A stretch of 64,000 nt of DNA from assembly GCA_041674405.1 (NCBI GenBank), contig JBAYVT010000003.1:74074-138073 (forward strand). The letters are read 5' to 3'. Below the pieces are notes generated by a model, which worked only from the letters and a program-made list of their open reading frames with translations, made no database searches and was not told where the DNA came from. The position numbers were made by a program, and so were the translations under genes. This DNA comes from Patescibacteria group bacterium (GTDB lineage: Bacteria; Patescibacteriota; UBA1384; XYA2-FULL-43-10). How positions within the stretch are numbered: the stretch's first letter is position 1; each line of letters begins with the position of its first letter. Of this stretch, positions 36,898 to 45,907 are shown piece by piece.

Positions 36898-37710
36898 TTA
36901 CTTGCGATATTTTTTCAGCAATCTATCGCTTACCGGAACAATTATCATCAGCCCGGCTAATAGTCCCAGGACCAGCCACTTATTTTCGGAGACAGGATTT
37001 TGCGGCCCGGTTTCCGGCAAAGCTGTTATCGTAGTAGTTGTAGCGGGTGTAGCAGGATTGTTAACAACAATTCTAACTGTTGACGAAAGATAAGTGTCCT
37101 CGCCTTCAGCCTTTGCCTTGTCGAGATCAAATACCCCCGCAATCCTTTCTGCATCTGGACCAACAACATAAAATGTGCCAGTTATTACTGTCTGATCGGG
37201 AACGTCAGATTTTATTCTAGCCGAGATTGACCCAATCTCGGCGTCCATCGTGGTGTCCAGACCATTACTCAAAATAATTGCTTCGGGCGAAGAATATTCG
37301 AAAGCATTAGTGTCAAGGTCCAAATCTCCCATTCCAGAGCCGAAAATATCAAGATTCTCAAGATATTCCGCGTTTGTGAAAGAAACGCCAAAAATCGGGT
37401 TTATGCTAGTGTTACCCTCGACCCGAGTGAGTCCGAGAAAGGTCAAATTATCACCAGGACTTGCTGTCAACGTTTCGCCAAGGCCACCGGCCATTTCCGG
37501 ATTGGCCGAATAGTCGGAGTAGTTATACAAATCATCATTTGTCGCCTCAAGAAAACAATTCTCTATCTTGCACACCAATGCGGCCATATAGAGAGAATTC
37601 CCCTCTCCTAAGTCGTAGTATGTTTCCGGAGTAGCGCCAGCAATCGTGGGAAATAATGAACTTATAGCCATAGCGATCATCGTAGTCCAGACTAGACAAA
37701 ATTTTTTCAT
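36898..37710 (-). CDS. LPXTG-anchored cell-surface protein (sortase substrate)
   Basis: N-terminal signal peptide. C-terminal LPETG followed by a hydrophobic helix and KKYRK. Confidence 0.65.
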   Translation of the reverse strand: MKKFCLVWTTMIAMAISSLFPTIAGATPETYYDLGEGNSLYMAALVCKIENCFLEATNDDLYNYSDYSANPEMAGGLGETLTASPGDNLTFLGLTRVEGNTSINPIFGVSFTNAEYLENLDIFGSGMGDLDLDTNAFEYSSPEAIILSNGLDTTMDAEIGSISARIKSDVPDQTVITGTFYVVGPDAERIAGVFDLDKAKAEGEDTYLSSTVRIVVNNPATPATTTTITALPETGPQNPVSENKWLVLGLLAGLMIIVPVSDRLLKKYRK

Positions 37711-37769
37711 ATCCCTCCCTTATTTATAAATACATTATATCAAATCAGGCTATTGACAGATATAAAGTC

Positions 37770-38357
37770 TCAAAGATATTTCACGGTTTTTTTTGTTATC
37801 ACCGACGCCGTTGTCTGAGCTTTAGACATCTTGATGTCTCTGATATAGAATTCGGCCGACGTTAGTTTTTTGTAGTCGGTTATTTTTTCAATGAACTCAA
37901 TTCCGTTTAAATGATCATATTCATGCTGGATAACCCGTGCAAGAATGCCGTCGCAGCTAAGCTGAAACTTTTTTCCGTTTTGACCGGTCGCTTCAATTGT
38001 GATTTCTTTCGGCCTTTTCACCGGTCCGAAGATCTGGGCATTTGCGAAACTGCCACATCCTTCGTAGGCGATTGATTCTTCGAGAGAACTTTTGATAATT
38101 TTCGGGTTAATGTAGATTCTTAATTCATCAGATTGATCAGCTGTTCTGAACTTTGTCTCTCGCGGTTCTGTAACAAAAATTTTGAAATTTTCACCAATTT
38201 GAGGAGCAGACAGCCCGACGAGAAGCTCTTTACTCCTCAAGCTATCGATCAGATCATCAATCACTTGCTTGGTTTTTGGGTCCCCAAAATCAGTCACAGC
38301 TTTATTCTCAGCCTTCAGCCTTGGATCGCCAACTTGTATTGTTTCGCGAACGGCCAT
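37770..38357 (-). CDS. def: peptide deformylase
   Basis: GLSAPQIG, EGCGS and QHEYDHLNG motifs. Confidence 0.9.
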   Translation of the reverse strand: MAVRETIQVGDPRLKAENKAVTDFGDPKTKQVIDDLIDSLRSKELLVGLSAPQIGENFKIFVTEPRETKFRTADQSDELRIYINPKIIKSSLEESIAYEGCGSFANAQIFGPVKRPKEITIEATGQNGKKFQLSCDGILARVIQHEYDHLNGIEFIEKITDYKKLTSAEFYIRDIKMSKAQTTASVITKKTVKYL

Positions 38358-38359
38358 AA

Positions 38360-38824
38360 TTATTCCTCAATATTTTCAAACCTTCCATCCTCATATGGCG
38401 GCAGACAAATTTCATATGCTGTCAGCGCCGAATCAGGCGCCGCTTCCCATTGCATCGTATCATCAATTCCAATTGAAAAATATTCCGGTTCCTCATCTTC
38501 CTTCTCTACATCATAGATTTTTTGGCTCCCATCAGGTTTTGTAACGGTCAATTTGCCTTTGCCGGCAAGATAACCTTCAATTGTTGATTCTCCTTTGAGG
38601 ACTCGCTGCAATGGTGTTTTCATACCTGGCTGAACGCGGATAACACCGAGGTCCTTATCAGGATCGTCATCGAAAGTGTAGACATCACACTCGACCCCAT
38701 CGATGACTTGCATAGTCTCGATGAACGAGACCGGTTGCCAGTCATGTTCGTGCCTAAATGCACCAATCTTGTCATGATTTACTTCGGCATATTCGCTTGG
38801 GGTTGTGCTGCCTTGTTCGTTCAT
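38360..38824 (-). CDS. hypothetical acidic protein
   Basis: 154-aa ORF directly upstream of def. No motif recognised. Confidence 0.45.
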   Translation of the reverse strand: MNEQGSTTPSEYAEVNHDKIGAFRHEHDWQPVSFIETMQVIDGVECDVYTFDDDPDKDLGVIRVQPGMKTPLQRVLKGESTIEGYLAGKGKLTVTKPDGSQKIYDVEKEDEEPEYFSIGIDDTMQWEAAPDSALTAYEICLPPYEDGRFENIEE

Positions 38825-38929
38825 CGCATGCTCCAGTGAAATTGATATTTACTAATATTACCAGAAAGGCTGAAATTCTCAGCCTTTAGCTCCGTTGGTA
38901 TCTTCTCAAATTCTATGGATTATGCAAAA

Positions 38930-39805
38930 TTATAACCCAATTTTAACCAGAACAACACCAAAAATTAGGATTAAGCTGCCAATAATTGTTTCAAGTTTTG
39001 GCTTATCTTTGAAAAAAATAAAGCTGAAGAGCAGAGCAAAGAAAACCTGCGATCGAAAAAGCGCTGTGACAATTCCTACGTTTCCACCGCCTATCGATAC
39101 AAATCCCAAAATATTGCCCATTGCGAATAACACTCCCAGGGCAAGTAATACCCATATATTCATTGAGATCTGAGATATTACTGCGCTTCTTCTGGCAAAT
39201 AAATAAGGCAACAACCCAATGATTATTACCATATTTTCTATGAATAATGTAAAAATGACGTTTTTCGGAAATGTTCCTAGAATTGCAATTTTGTCGAAGA
39301 CTGAAACAAATCCAAGCGCGATAACTGAAATAAGCATTAAGAAGGCATATTTGTTTTTTACTAGAATTTTGAATGGTTCAAGTAATCCCTCTTTTGCAGT
39401 ACTGACATTTATTGTATAAATTCCGACAAGCGAAACCATGCTTCCCGCCAGAGAAATCAGGGAAGGTCTTTCTGAAAGCGGCGGCAAGAATGCCAGTGTC
39501 ATGGTGACAATCGGACTCAAAATAATTATTGGATATATTTGAGATATGGGAGCATCTTTGATCGCTCTAAATTGAGTAATTCTCGATAGTGTATAGAAAA
39601 TGGTTGAACATAGTACGCCAACAATAAATAGGACGCTGAGATTTGGAATCCCATCTTTGAGAGCAAAATAAGACATTAGGGTAGTCGAGATCACAATCAT
39701 CGTCCAGAACAGAATGACTGGGTCGACTTTATTTAAAATTCTTTTGTTTAGAACAACAAGAATTCCAGATACGAAAGCGGCAGATAGAGCAATATAAAAC
39801 CACAT
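38930..39805 (-). CDS. EamA/DMT-family transporter (10 TM)
   Basis: Ten hydrophobic helices arranged as two 5-TM repeats. Confidence 0.55.
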   Translation of the reverse strand: MWFYIALSAAFVSGILVVLNKRILNKVDPVILFWTMIVISTTLMSYFALKDGIPNLSVLFIVGVLCSTIFYTLSRITQFRAIKDAPISQIYPIIILSPIVTMTLAFLPPLSERPSLISLAGSMVSLVGIYTINVSTAKEGLLEPFKILVKNKYAFLMLISVIALGFVSVFDKIAILGTFPKNVIFTLFIENMVIIIGLLPYLFARRSAVISQISMNIWVLLALGVLFAMGNILGFVSIGGGNVGIVTALFRSQVFFALLFSFIFFKDKPKLETIIGSLILIFGVVLVKIGL

Positions 39806-39852
39806 ACTTTATTCCAATCAGTTTTGCAGTTCAGTTTTATTTAATGTGTAAT

Positions 39853-39943
39853 TGGCGGTGGGAGAGGGATTCGAACCCTCGAGACCCTTGCGAGCCTACA
39901 CGCTTTCCAAGCGTGCGCACTAGACCAACTATGCGATCCCACC
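39853..39943 (-). tRNA. tRNA-Ser (anticodon GGA), class II with long variable arm
   Basis: Reverse-complement cloverleaf read by hand: acceptor ggtggga/tcccacc, anticodon loop TTGGAAA, 18-nt variable arm, T-arm gggttcgaatccc, discriminator G and CCA. Confidence 0.8.
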
Positions 39944-39989
39944 AACGGACAAATTCTACCATATTTGAAGCTAAAAAAGAAGTCCCGAC

Positions 39990-40720
39990 AGCCTAGAAGG
40001 CTCCCGGGAGATTCCTCGAAACCTGGATCTTCAGTCAGCGTCCGCGGCGAGCCGCACCTTGGTCCCTCCAACCGCTCCCACTATGGGCCTTCGGAGTAAC
40101 GCCCCTTGCAGGTTTGTTCCTCCCGTTGGGCTTCGTGCTCTTGGTCTTAACCTTACCCAAGCTAGACACCTCCCTGTAATCTACAGCCGAGATGGAAATA
40201 ATATAGCTGATCAGATTCAATTGGTCAAATGAAAGGAACAGCTCCGGCGAATGCCGGAGCTTACGACTTGCGTCCCAACTCAAATGAAGATGAAAGGAAG
40301 AGGGCTGCCGCAGAGAGTTTATAGCCGTGCCAAGGCATCTCTCTGCAGCTTGGTGCAATTCGGTGCTGCAGCCGTTGTTGCGATCATTGCTTCAATATAG
40401 GAGTATACTCACGCAGACCACCGACGGCCAGGCGCTATGGCCCGGCTTGTCACACCATGGGCTACCACCTCCTTACGGGAGGAGAAAAACGGCGACGCAG
40501 TGCCGCTTCTCCAATATTAATATAACACTGCAATATGCAGTGTCAAATAGCCTAAAATGGTGTATCCTGGGCGCGCGGCTGGGCGCGCCCAGGACCGGAT
40601 GGTAATGTGCGGCAAAGCCGCGAATCCCCCGGGATGGATTGGATAGGGGGTGGTTGCTTGACTTTGGCCGACTCTGGCCTTAAGTCCAGCGGGTATGTAA
40701 GATAAATGTTAGCACGAGAA
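39990..40720. other. GC-rich (about 57%) ORF-poor hairpin-dense segment: candidate structured ncRNA (RNase P-like motifs?) or decayed foreign gene
   Basis: No ORF over 110 aa, and those present are low complexity. Perfect hairpin ctgggcgcgc/gcgcgcccag at ~40567-40592 and several more. CCCGGCUU / AAGCCGGGCCAUAG-like strings at ~40435-40455. Confidence 0.2.
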
Positions 40721-40786
40721 AAAATATTGTCAATAAAATATACCATCACGAAGATGGTATATTTTTTAACCACAAAAAATTTATTT

Positions 40787-43138
40787 TTAGCGATCGATAA
40801 TTTCCGAAAGCATAAGCCGCTTCTCAACCGAAGCAATGATTCGCCGTGTAGGCACGATCATATCCGGTGAGACCGAGACAGAAGTTGTGCCAGCCTTCAC
40901 CATCATTTCGGTGATTTCCGGATATACACTAGGAGCTTGGCCACAGATCGAGCAAGTGACATTTCGCGCACGGCAAGTTTTTATGACGTATTGGATCGAA
41001 GACACAACCGCTTCATTTCTTTCGTCAAATAACGCAGCCAGATCCTGATTGTCGCGGTCTGCTCCCAAGGTTAGCTGGGTCAGATCATTCGAACCAATGG
41101 ATATGCCGTCAATCCCAAGATCGAGAAATTTATCAAGCAAAATTACATTGGAAGGAATTTCACACATCATCCAAAGCTTAAAATCCGGTGATTGGATTAG
41201 GCCATTATCTTCCACGAGCTTTTTAACTTTTTTCATTTCGTCAACGGTACGAACAAACGGAATCATGAGCCACAAATTTTTGAGATCATATTCATCCCGA
41301 ACCCTCTTGATCGCATCTAGTTCCAATTTGAAAAGATCAGGCTCTTTGATATAGCGGGAAGCGCCACGATAGCCAATCATCGGATTGTTCTCTGCCGGCT
41401 CATATTTTTCACCGCCCTTTAAACCTTTATATTCATTTGTTTTAAAATCTGTCGCGCGGTAAACTACCGGACGAGGAGCAAATGCCTGGGCAATGGTTCG
41501 CATACCTTCTACGAGCTTGTCTGTGTATTCTTTCCCTCTTCCCGCCTCAAACATTGCTCTCGGGTGTTCACCAATTTCGGCTATCATGAATTCCGCGCGC
41601 AAAAGACCAACTCCATCAACCGGTTCTGCCGCTATTTTTTCTGCAAGATGCGGCTCGGCTAAATTGACATAAACTTTTGTGCCGGTAACCGGAACTTCCT
41701 CAGAAACAAGTTTGCCAGCAGGAGTCCCTGGAGCCGTTGCGACATCTTCAGGGGCCGACTGGCTTTTGATTTTGCCTTTATAGACCAAGCCCTTGCCGCC
41801 ATCGACAGTGATCATTTGCCCAGTTTTAAGAACATGAGTAGCGGTGCCGGTGCCAACAACGCAAGGAATGCCCAATTCACGCGAGACAATAGCTGCATGG
41901 CAAGTTCGTCCTCCGGTATCGGTAACGATAGCTTTGGCACGGCGCATCGCCGGCACAAAATCAGGAGTTGTTTGCTCAGTGACAAGCACATCGCCAGAAA
42001 CGACCTTGTCTATTTCGTCAGGTTTATGAATAAGTTTGACCGGTCCAAATGCTGTGCCTAGAGACGCTGCAGCACCCTTTAAGAGTACTTCCGCTTTCCC
42101 GGCATCAATATCCCCTTGTTCTTGTGTCCCCGGCTGCTCTAATTTCTCATCTCGATTTTCGATTTTCCGCTTACCCAAAGTCGTGATCGGCCTTGACTGC
42201 ACCATATAAATCTTTCCCCTTTCAATAGCAAATTCCGTATCCTGCGGTTTACCATAATGTTTTTCGATAAGCAAGCCGATTTTCGCCAGCGCAATAATTT
42301 GATCATCGGTAAGTTTTTGTTTTTTGCGCAACTCTGCTGGAACATTTACATGCTTTTCGCCCTCTCTTCCGGATTTGACAATTTTCCAGGGTTGTTCATT
42401 AATTTCTTTTTCAAGAATTTCAAAAGGATCTTTCGATATCACGTATCTGTCTGGAGTGACAGAACCGGAGACTAAGGCCTCGCCGTAGCCGTAACCGGCT
42501 TCGATAGAAAGTTTGTTCAGATCTTCAGAAACAGGGTCGACGGTAAACATTATTCCCGAAAACTCAGAATCAACCATAACTTGCACAGGAACCGCTAAGC
42601 CAACCTTCATATGATCAAATTTATTGATAATGCGATAATAAATCGCCCTTGCCTCGAAGAGCGAGGCAAAGCACTTTTGAACCGCTTCTACCACTTCGTT
42701 ACCTCCGGTGATATTCAAAAAAGTGGCTTGCTGACCGGCAAATGAAGCATCAGGCAAATCTTCCGCAGTTGCGGACGACCTTACTGCAACAGAAAATCCA
42801 CCCAGCTCCCTGTAGTGTTCTTTGATTTCCTTGATAAGATCGGCCGGCATTTTTGCGGCGATAATTGCCGATTTAATTTTTTTTGCAACATTATTAAGCT
42901 CGCGGCTTTTTTCTGGATCGAGACCTTTCAGAGAACTGATGATTTTTGAGCGAAGGTTTGTTTTCTCGAGAAAATAAAAATAGGCGTTAGCGGTGACGAT
43001 AAATCCATTTGGTACTGGAATTTTAGCGTTATATAGCTCACCAAGGTTTGCGCCCTTGCCACCAACCCGTGGAATATCTTCCTTGTGCGCTTCAGAGAAC
43101 CACAATATAAGCTTTGGGTTTTTCTTTTTCTTAAGCAT
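40787..43138 (-). CDS. ppsA: phosphoenolpyruvate synthase (pyruvate, water dikinase)
   Basis: N-terminal PEP/pyruvate-binding domain (IPRVGGKGANLGEL). Phospho-His GGRTCHAAIVSRELGIPCVVG. C-terminal PEP-utilising domain NDLTQLTLGADRDN. Start moved to the ATG at 43138 with an AGGAGG SD (track used GTG 43174). Confidence 0.8.
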   Translation of the reverse strand: MLKKKKNPKLILWFSEAHKEDIPRVGGKGANLGELYNAKIPVPNGFIVTANAYFYFLEKTNLRSKIISSLKGLDPEKSRELNNVAKKIKSAIIAAKMPADLIKEIKEHYRELGGFSVAVRSSATAEDLPDASFAGQQATFLNITGGNEVVEAVQKCFASLFEARAIYYRIINKFDHMKVGLAVPVQVMVDSEFSGIMFTVDPVSEDLNKLSIEAGYGYGEALVSGSVTPDRYVISKDPFEILEKEINEQPWKIVKSGREGEKHVNVPAELRKKQKLTDDQIIALAKIGLLIEKHYGKPQDTEFAIERGKIYMVQSRPITTLGKRKIENRDEKLEQPGTQEQGDIDAGKAEVLLKGAAASLGTAFGPVKLIHKPDEIDKVVSGDVLVTEQTTPDFVPAMRRAKAIVTDTGGRTCHAAIVSRELGIPCVVGTGTATHVLKTGQMITVDGGKGLVYKGKIKSQSAPEDVATAPGTPAGKLVSEEVPVTGTKVYVNLAEPHLAEKIAAEPVDGVGLLRAEFMIAEIGEHPRAMFEAGRGKEYTDKLVEGMRTIAQAFAPRPVVYRATDFKTNEYKGLKGGEKYEPAENNPMIGYRGASRYIKEPDLFKLELDAIKRVRDEYDLKNLWLMIPFVRTVDEMKKVKKLVEDNGLIQSPDFKLWMMCEIPSNVILLDKFLDLGIDGISIGSNDLTQLTLGADRDNQDLAALFDERNEAVVSSIQYVIKTCRARNVTCSICGQAPSVYPEITEMMVKAGTTSVSVSPDMIVPTRRIIASVEKRLMLSEIIDR

Positions 43139-43173
43139 GCCCCTCCTACCCGCTCCGCGGGGAAATCTAATCA

Positions 43174-43250
43174 CTAAATCCTAAACTCTAAATATGTTTT
43201 GAAATTGATTTTTGTATTTCGAATTTGTTAAAAATTTAGGATTTAGGTTT
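43174..43250. repeat. AT-rich palindromic element (CTAAATCCTAAACTCTAAAT ... AAATTTAGGATTTAGG) upstream of ppsA
   Basis: Inverted arms at 43174-43193 and 43231-43246. Core shared with the rpoD-upstream element. Confidence 0.35.
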
Positions 43251-43289
43251 TTGAATTTAACAATGTAATTGTACCACAAATATCAAGGG

Positions 43290-43751
43290 TCAATCACTAC
43301 TTACAAGCTCATTAAAAACCTTCTTTGCAAGATCGAAGTCATAACCTTTTCTGTATAGGCTTCCCAAAATTTTTTGATAGAGCCTTCCACGATCAGTATC
43401 TTTGTTCCTGTCAAGAATCTTCTGACCGATTTCGAGCGCATTTTTATATTCGAGATCTGAATCAATATTTGATAATACATCTTCTATTAACCCGCTTGAT
43501 ATATGTGCCTTTATCAGGCGAACTTTAATTTTTTGCTTCCCCTCGCCAGATAATGATTTGGAACGAACCATATTTTTTGCAAATTTCTCATCATCAAGAA
43601 ATTTTTTCTGGATCAAAAATTGGATTGTTTCTTCTATTTCATTCTCGGGAAATTCTTTCAATTTGAGTTTGTTTCGAACTTCAAAAATGCTTCTGTCTCG
43701 AAGCTCGAGTAAATATAGCGCATAATTAAGCGGGCTATCTATTTTTTTCAT
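43290..43751 (-). CDS. recX: RecX family regulatory protein
   Basis: Immediately downstream of recA. Helical repeat protein of about 150 aa with a RecX-like N-terminus (YALYLLELRDRSIFEVRNKL). Confidence 0.6.
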   Translation of the reverse strand: MKKIDSPLNYALYLLELRDRSIFEVRNKLKLKEFPENEIEETIQFLIQKKFLDDEKFAKNMVRSKSLSGEGKQKIKVRLIKAHISSGLIEDVLSNIDSDLEYKNALEIGQKILDRNKDTDRGRLYQKILGSLYRKGYDFDLAKKVFNELVSSD

Positions 43752-43841
43752 TACTTAATCAGGTAGATTTTTCACTCGACCCAAAGGGTCCCCTTTCCTG
43801 AAGGAAAGCCCTAGGCTTGGGGTTCAGAATGACAATCTTTG

Positions 43842-44888
43842 CTACAGCGCCTCATTTCGCGCCTTGTCTTCGGCAACGGACTTATCTTTTATTTCTTCAG
43901 CAATCTTCGGGTTTTGCTTCAAAAATTCTCTGGCACCTTCCTTGCCTTGGCCAAGTTTCTCGTCGCCATATGAAAGCCAGGCACCGGCCTTATCTACAAT
44001 TCCAAATTTGATTCCAAGATCAACAAGTTCTCCTTCATAATCGATGCCCTGATTGAACATAATGTCGAATTCCGCAGTTTTGAATGGGGGAGCAACTTTG
44101 TTTTTGACAACTTTAACAGCCACATGATTCCCAACCTGATCCTCGCCTCGTTTCAAAACTGCTTTGCGGCGAATATCTAAACGGACAGATGAATAAAACT
44201 TTAACGCATTTCCGCCAGTCGTCGTTTCAGGATTCCCAAACATCACACCGATTTTCATACGAATCTGGTTGATAAAGATTAATACTGTTTTTGATTTGGC
44301 AACAGCGCCAGTCAATTTGCGAAGTGCTTGTGACATCAGCCTAGCCTGAACGCCCATCATCGAATCACCCATCTCGCCTTCTATTTCCGCTCGCGGAACC
44401 AGGGCAGCAACAGAATCAACAACGATGACATCTAGAGCATTGGAACGGATAAGCGTCTCTGTTATCTCTAGCGCTTGTTCGCCGTTATCCGGCTGGGAAA
44501 TAAGCAGATTTTCAAGGTCAACGCCAATTTTCTTGGCATATTCCGGGTCAAGCGCATGCTCGGCATCGATGAATGCCGCATTTCCACCGCGTTTTTGGGC
44601 CTGTGCCACAATTGACAAAGAAAGAGTCGTTTTACCGGACGATTCCGGACCATAGATTTCGATCACTCGGCCGCGTGGCACACCGCCAACACCGAGCGCA
44701 AGATCAAGTGCAAGTGAACCAGTCGGAATTGTTTCCACGTTTAGGCGAGCGCCATCGCGCATTGTCATTATTGCGCCCTTGCCAAATTGTTTTTCTATCG
44801 AAGACAACGCTGCCTCCAGCGCCATCGATTTGCCACTGCTTACGGATTTTTTATTTTCAATTTCCTCTTCGCCTTTTTTTCTCGCCAT
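43842..44888 (-). CDS. recA: recombinase RecA
   Basis: Walker [11 protein letters not shown]1/L2 regions. [14 protein letters not shown]. Confidence 0.95.
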   Translation of the reverse strand: MARKKGEEEIENKKSVSSGKSMALEAALSSIEKQFGKGAIMTMRDGARLNVETIPTGSLALDLALGVGGVPRGRVIEIYGPESSGKTTLSLSIVAQAQKRGGNAAFIDAEHALDPEYAKKIGVDLENLLISQPDNGEQALEITETLIRSNALDVIVVDSVAALVPRAEIEGEMGDSMMGVQARLMSQALRKLTGAVAKSKTVLIFINQIRMKIGVMFGNPETTTGGNALKFYSSVRLDIRRKAVLKRGEDQVGNHVAVKVVKNKVAPPFKTAEFDIMFNQGIDYEGELVDLGIKFGIVDKAGAWLSYGDEKLGQGKEGAREFLKQNPKIAEEIKDKSVAEDKARNEAL

Positions 44889-45019
44889 AATATCTCCCTG
44901 CTTAATTCAAATATTTTGTCTCAAATCTTAAATAATAATTGCTAATTTCTAATAAAAAACAAACTTCCCAGATTTTGCGCTTAGCATTTTGAAGTTTGAA
45001 TTTTAGCTTTATTTTTGTT

Positions 45020-45730
45020 TCAGTTTGATACCCGTATTGGGATGGCTTCTGCTGTCACCGGTTTGTATTCGACGGTATAAGTCAGCGCTTTCTCTTTGTT
45101 GGTTTTTCCCTGGGATTTTACCTCGATAACGTTTACGCCTTTTTGTAATTTGTATTCAGTTGCAAACTGGCCATCTGAAGAAACCTGAATCTGGTCTTTG
45201 TTAACATAAACTTTTGCGCTTGTATCGGTAACACCGGTAATTTCTATCACATCTTTATCAAACACGGCATTATCGTTCGGCGATATTACCTGAAGTTCCG
45301 GTGCGCCTGCAAATCCATAAACCTGATAAACAATGTATCCAAATACTGCAATTATGAATGTACTGATCAAAACAGGAACAAAAAGGCGTGGCGTTAAGAG
45401 AAATTTCATTTCCTTTATATTTCTTTGCGGCAGGATATTTCCCTCTTCTTTCGAAAATCTGATATTTTTTTCTTTTTGGTACTTTTCAAGTATTTTTTTC
45501 TCGTCTAATCCTAAATATTTTGCATAACGCAAAACAAAACCTTTGGTGTAAGCATCGGCCGGCAAATTCTTCCAATCATCTTCCTCGAGAGCTTCCAAAA
45601 ACTTGCCGCGAATTTTGGTTTCCATTTCAGCATCAAGCAGAGAAATCTTTTTGCGCGCTCTTGCGCGCTTGAGTTTCTGCCCAAGTGTTGGGTCTGTTTT
45701 AATTTTTCGAAGTGAAAATCCGGCAGTCAT
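45020..45730 (-). CDS. RodZ-like cytoskeleton protein (HTH + TM + C-terminal beta domain)
   Basis: N-terminal LGQKLKRARARKKISLLDAEMETKIRGKFLEALEEDDWKNLPADAYTKGFVLRYAKYLGLD matches the RodZ HTH. Single TM. Confidence 0.5.
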   Translation of the reverse strand: MTAGFSLRKIKTDPTLGQKLKRARARKKISLLDAEMETKIRGKFLEALEEDDWKNLPADAYTKGFVLRYAKYLGLDEKKILEKYQKEKNIRFSKEEGNILPQRNIKEMKFLLTPRLFVPVLISTFIIAVFGYIVYQVYGFAGAPELQVISPNDNAVFDKDVIEITGVTDTSAKVYVNKDQIQVSSDGQFATEYKLQKGVNVIEVKSQGKTNKEKALTYTVEYKPVTAEAIPIRVSN

Positions 45731-45907
45731 TTCTTAAGTCCGTAGTTAGTAGCCCTTAGTGAAAATTCAAAAAGCAAAATTATTGATTTTGTTTGTTTCT
45801 GACACTTTGTTTTGGTGTTTTATATTTCGGGAAAAGTTGTAATTCTAATCGTGGATTTATCGGTGCCAAATCAGTGGAATAAATTATTGGTCGTTCTCAT
45901 CAAATTA

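Noticed and set aside
39960-40720. tmRNA (ssrA) hypothesis for the GC-rich noncoding segment
   Set aside because: No tRNA-like 5' GGGG / 3' CCACCA acceptor pairing and no plausible tag reading frame ending in hydrophobic-AA stop were found. Only a CCAAGGUGC string resembles tmRNA PK1.
43138-43174. Track start for ppsA (GTG 43174, MIRFPRGAGRRGMLKK...)
   Set aside because: The in-frame ATG at 43138 is preceded by a perfect AGGAGG SD and is adopted instead. The upstream GTG start has no SD.
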